Part shown: in pieces, positions 62,324 to 64,000 of the stretch
Position numbering within the stretch: the stretch's first letter is position 1
Layout of the letters: each line of letters opens with the position of its first letter
Source: Mobula hypostoma
Lineage: Eukaryota
Direction: 5' to 3'
DNA length: 64,000 nt
Assembly (NCBI RefSeq): GCF_963921235.1
Contig: NC_086097.1
Location: 74,464,001 to 74,528,000 of the forward strand
The notes under the pieces: model-generated
Seen by the model: only the letters and a program-made list of their open reading frames with translations
Told to the model about the DNA's origin: nothing
Databases searched by the model: none
Position numbers and translations under genes: made by a program

Positions 62324-63229
62324 CTAGTTTAAAGTCACCTCAGTAGCCCCCGCTAATCTCCCTGCCAGGATATTGGTCCCCCGAGGATTTAAGTGTAACC
62401 CGTCCTTTTTGTACAGGTCACACCTGCGCCAAAAGAGGTCCCAATGATCCAAAAACTTGAATCCCTGCCCCCTGCTCCAATCCCTCAGCCACGCATTTAT
62501 CCTCCACCTCATCGCATTCCTACTCTCACTGTCGCGTGGCACAGGCAGTAATCCCGAGATTACTACCTTTGCGGTCCTTTTTCTCAACTCCCTTCCTAGC
62601 TCCCTATATTCTTCTTTCAGGACCTCATCCCTTTTCCTACCTATGTCATTGGTACCTATATGTACCAGGACCTCTGGCTCTTCACCCTCCCACTTCAGGA
62701 TATCTTGGACACGATCAGAAATATCCCGGACCCTGGCACCAGGGAGGCAAACTACCATCCGAGTCTCTGGACTGCGTCCACAGAATCGCCTATCTGACCC
62801 CCTTACTATCGAGTCCCCTATCACAACTGCCCTCCTCTTCCTTGCCCTACCCTTCTGAGCTACAGGGCCAGACTCTGTGCCGGAGGCAGGGCCACTGTCG
62901 CTTCCCCCGGGTAAGCTGTCCCCCCCAACAGTACTCAAACAGGAGTACCTGTTGTTAAGGGGCACAGCCGCCGGGGTACTCCCCATCACCTTCCTTTTCC
63001 CCTTCCCCCTCCTAACCGTGACCCACTTGTCTGCCTCCCGTGGCCCCGGCGTGACCACCTGCCTTCCACTCCTCTCAGGAGCTGCCAAACGTTCCTCATA
63101 CGGTAACACTTTATTTCCTGGAATCACTCTCATGAATCTTCTCTGAACCCTCTCCAATGTCAATATATCCTTTCTAAAATAAGGAGCCCAAAACTGCACA
63201 CAATACTCCAAGTGTGGTCTCAATATCAT
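62324..63229 (-). CDS. Chimeric ORF: 51 aa of old CR1 ORF2 fused in frame to 250 aa of young CR1 ORF1 (SGNH/GDSL esterase domain)
   Basis: ATG at 63229; RPHLEYCVQFWAP.. up to 63077, then ORF1 with VIGDS, LPGA, HIGTND, DGLH (SGNH blocks I, II, III, V). Confidence 0.85.
   Translation of the reverse strand: MILRPHLEYCVQFWAPYFRKDILTLERVQRRFMRVIPGNKVLPYEERLAAPERSGRQVVTPGPREADKWVTVRRGKGKRKVMGSTPAAVPLNNRYSCLSTVGGDSLPGGSDSGPASGTESGPVAQKGRARKRRAVVIGDSIVRGSDRRFCGRSPETRMVVCLPGARVRDISDRVQDILKWEGEEPEVLVHIGTNDIGRKRDEVLKEEYRELGRELRKRTAKVVISGLLPVPRDSESRNAMRWRINAWLRDWSRGQGFKFLDHWDLFWRRCDLYKKDGLHLNPRGTNILAGRLAGATEVTLN
62327..62333 (-). promoter_or_regulatory. Candidate -1 ribosomal frameshift slippery heptamer U_UUA_AAC at the ORF1/ORF2 overlap
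   Basis: ORF1 ...ACT TTA AAC TAG; the -1 frame TTT AAA CTA GAA TGG TTG GGG... is ORF2. Confidence 0.7.
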
Positions 63230-64000
63230 TATAGAGCCTCAACATCACATCCCTGCTCTTATATTCTATACCTCTAGAAATGAATGCCAATATTGCATTC
63301 GCCTTCTTCACCACCGACTCAACCTGGAGGATATCCCAAGTCCCTTTGCGTCTCTGCATTTTGAATTCTCTCCCCATCAAATAATAGTCTGCCCATTTAT
63401 TTCTTCCACCAAAGTGCATGACCATTCACTTTCCAACATTGTATTTCATTGTATTCCAGAAGATTCGTTTCTTACTCAAAGTAAGTTATTTCCTAAGGTA
63501 TATAGATCTACCATGTACAATTAGAATAAGATTGTTGTTTATGTTTCCATTTTCTAATCAATTGGTAATAAACTAAGATGAACAAAGATTCTTTTCTTCA
63601 TCATCATATTACTTTTCTGATATACTTAGTATGAAAGTAAAAGTCAACTGTCAAAAGCACAGTAAAACAGCAATACTGATATTTTCATGCAATTTATATG
63701 CACAAGTTTTTTTTTTAATTTATCACGGTACATCTTTGCTTAAGCATAACAAAACTATATTTTCTGTTATCAATATCAAATTACCCAAGTAAGACTTGCA
63801 ATGGGTCTCTATTTAAAAAGGAAACTACCATCACAGGTTCTAAATAGTATTGTTAAATTAATGAACAAATATAATCGACTTTTACACATCAGTGAGAAAC
63901 AAACTAAGGAAGAGTACACTAAACTGAACGACCCAAGGGGCTTTTACAAGGTCGATGTTTTATCATGCCATAGTTCTTCCTCAGTCCCTAACTCTAGTAA

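Larger units (their letters stand above)
59220..63076 (-). mobile_element. Young 5'-truncated CR1 LINE
   Basis: Uninterrupted ORF2, uninterrupted partial ORF1, 3' UTR hairpin GGCC-GAAT-GGCC and (TTTCTATG)n octamer tail at ~59220-59243. Confidence 0.97.
58803..63450 (-). mobile_element. Older CR1 3' fragment split by the young CR1 (parts 58803-59220 and 63077-63450)
   Basis: YSLEFRRMRG on the left part joins ...LPYEERLAA on the right part; VESVVKKANAILAFISRGIEYKSRDVMLRLY in ORF 63174-63425. Confidence 0.88.

Noticed and set aside
59701..63146. Multiple plus-strand ORFs (71-167 aa) opposite the CR1
   Set aside because: Antisense shadows of the CR1 coding frames with no independent motifs

Overview
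Eukaryotic, AT-rich, transposon-dense genomic DNA. The repeat families (CR1 LINEs with TTTCTATG tails, HE1-like SINEs, Penelope termini, Rex/Babar LINEs) suggest a vertebrate, most likely a cartilaginous fish; this is an inference. I could not identify a host protein-coding gene, only a few candidate short exons and regulatory motifs, so the window is probably intronic or intergenic. The main feature is a young, 5'-truncated CR1 LINE (minus strand, ~59220-63076) with an uninterrupted APE+RT ORF2 and the SGNH-esterase part of ORF1, inserted into an older CR1. The most interesting signal is at its ORF1/ORF2 junction. ORF1 ends ...ACT TTA AAC TAG, which contains a canonical U_UUA_AAC -1 slippery heptamer. 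ORF2 overlaps in exactly the -1 frame and has no in-frame AUG until the middle of the endonuclease. An old, diverged CR1 copy at ~30 kb has the same TTTAAAC-TAG junction. Together these point to programmed -1 ribosomal frameshifting in this LINE family. Also present: degenerate minimal hammerhead-ribozyme motifs in Penelope termini, a fold-back Penelope insertion, a TSD-flanked but internally deleted BEL/Pao element, three solo LTRs, Tc1/mariner/pogo derivatives, RTE fragments and multi-layer nested insertions. Boundaries of old repeats are approximate, and family assignments come from motif recognition, not database searches.
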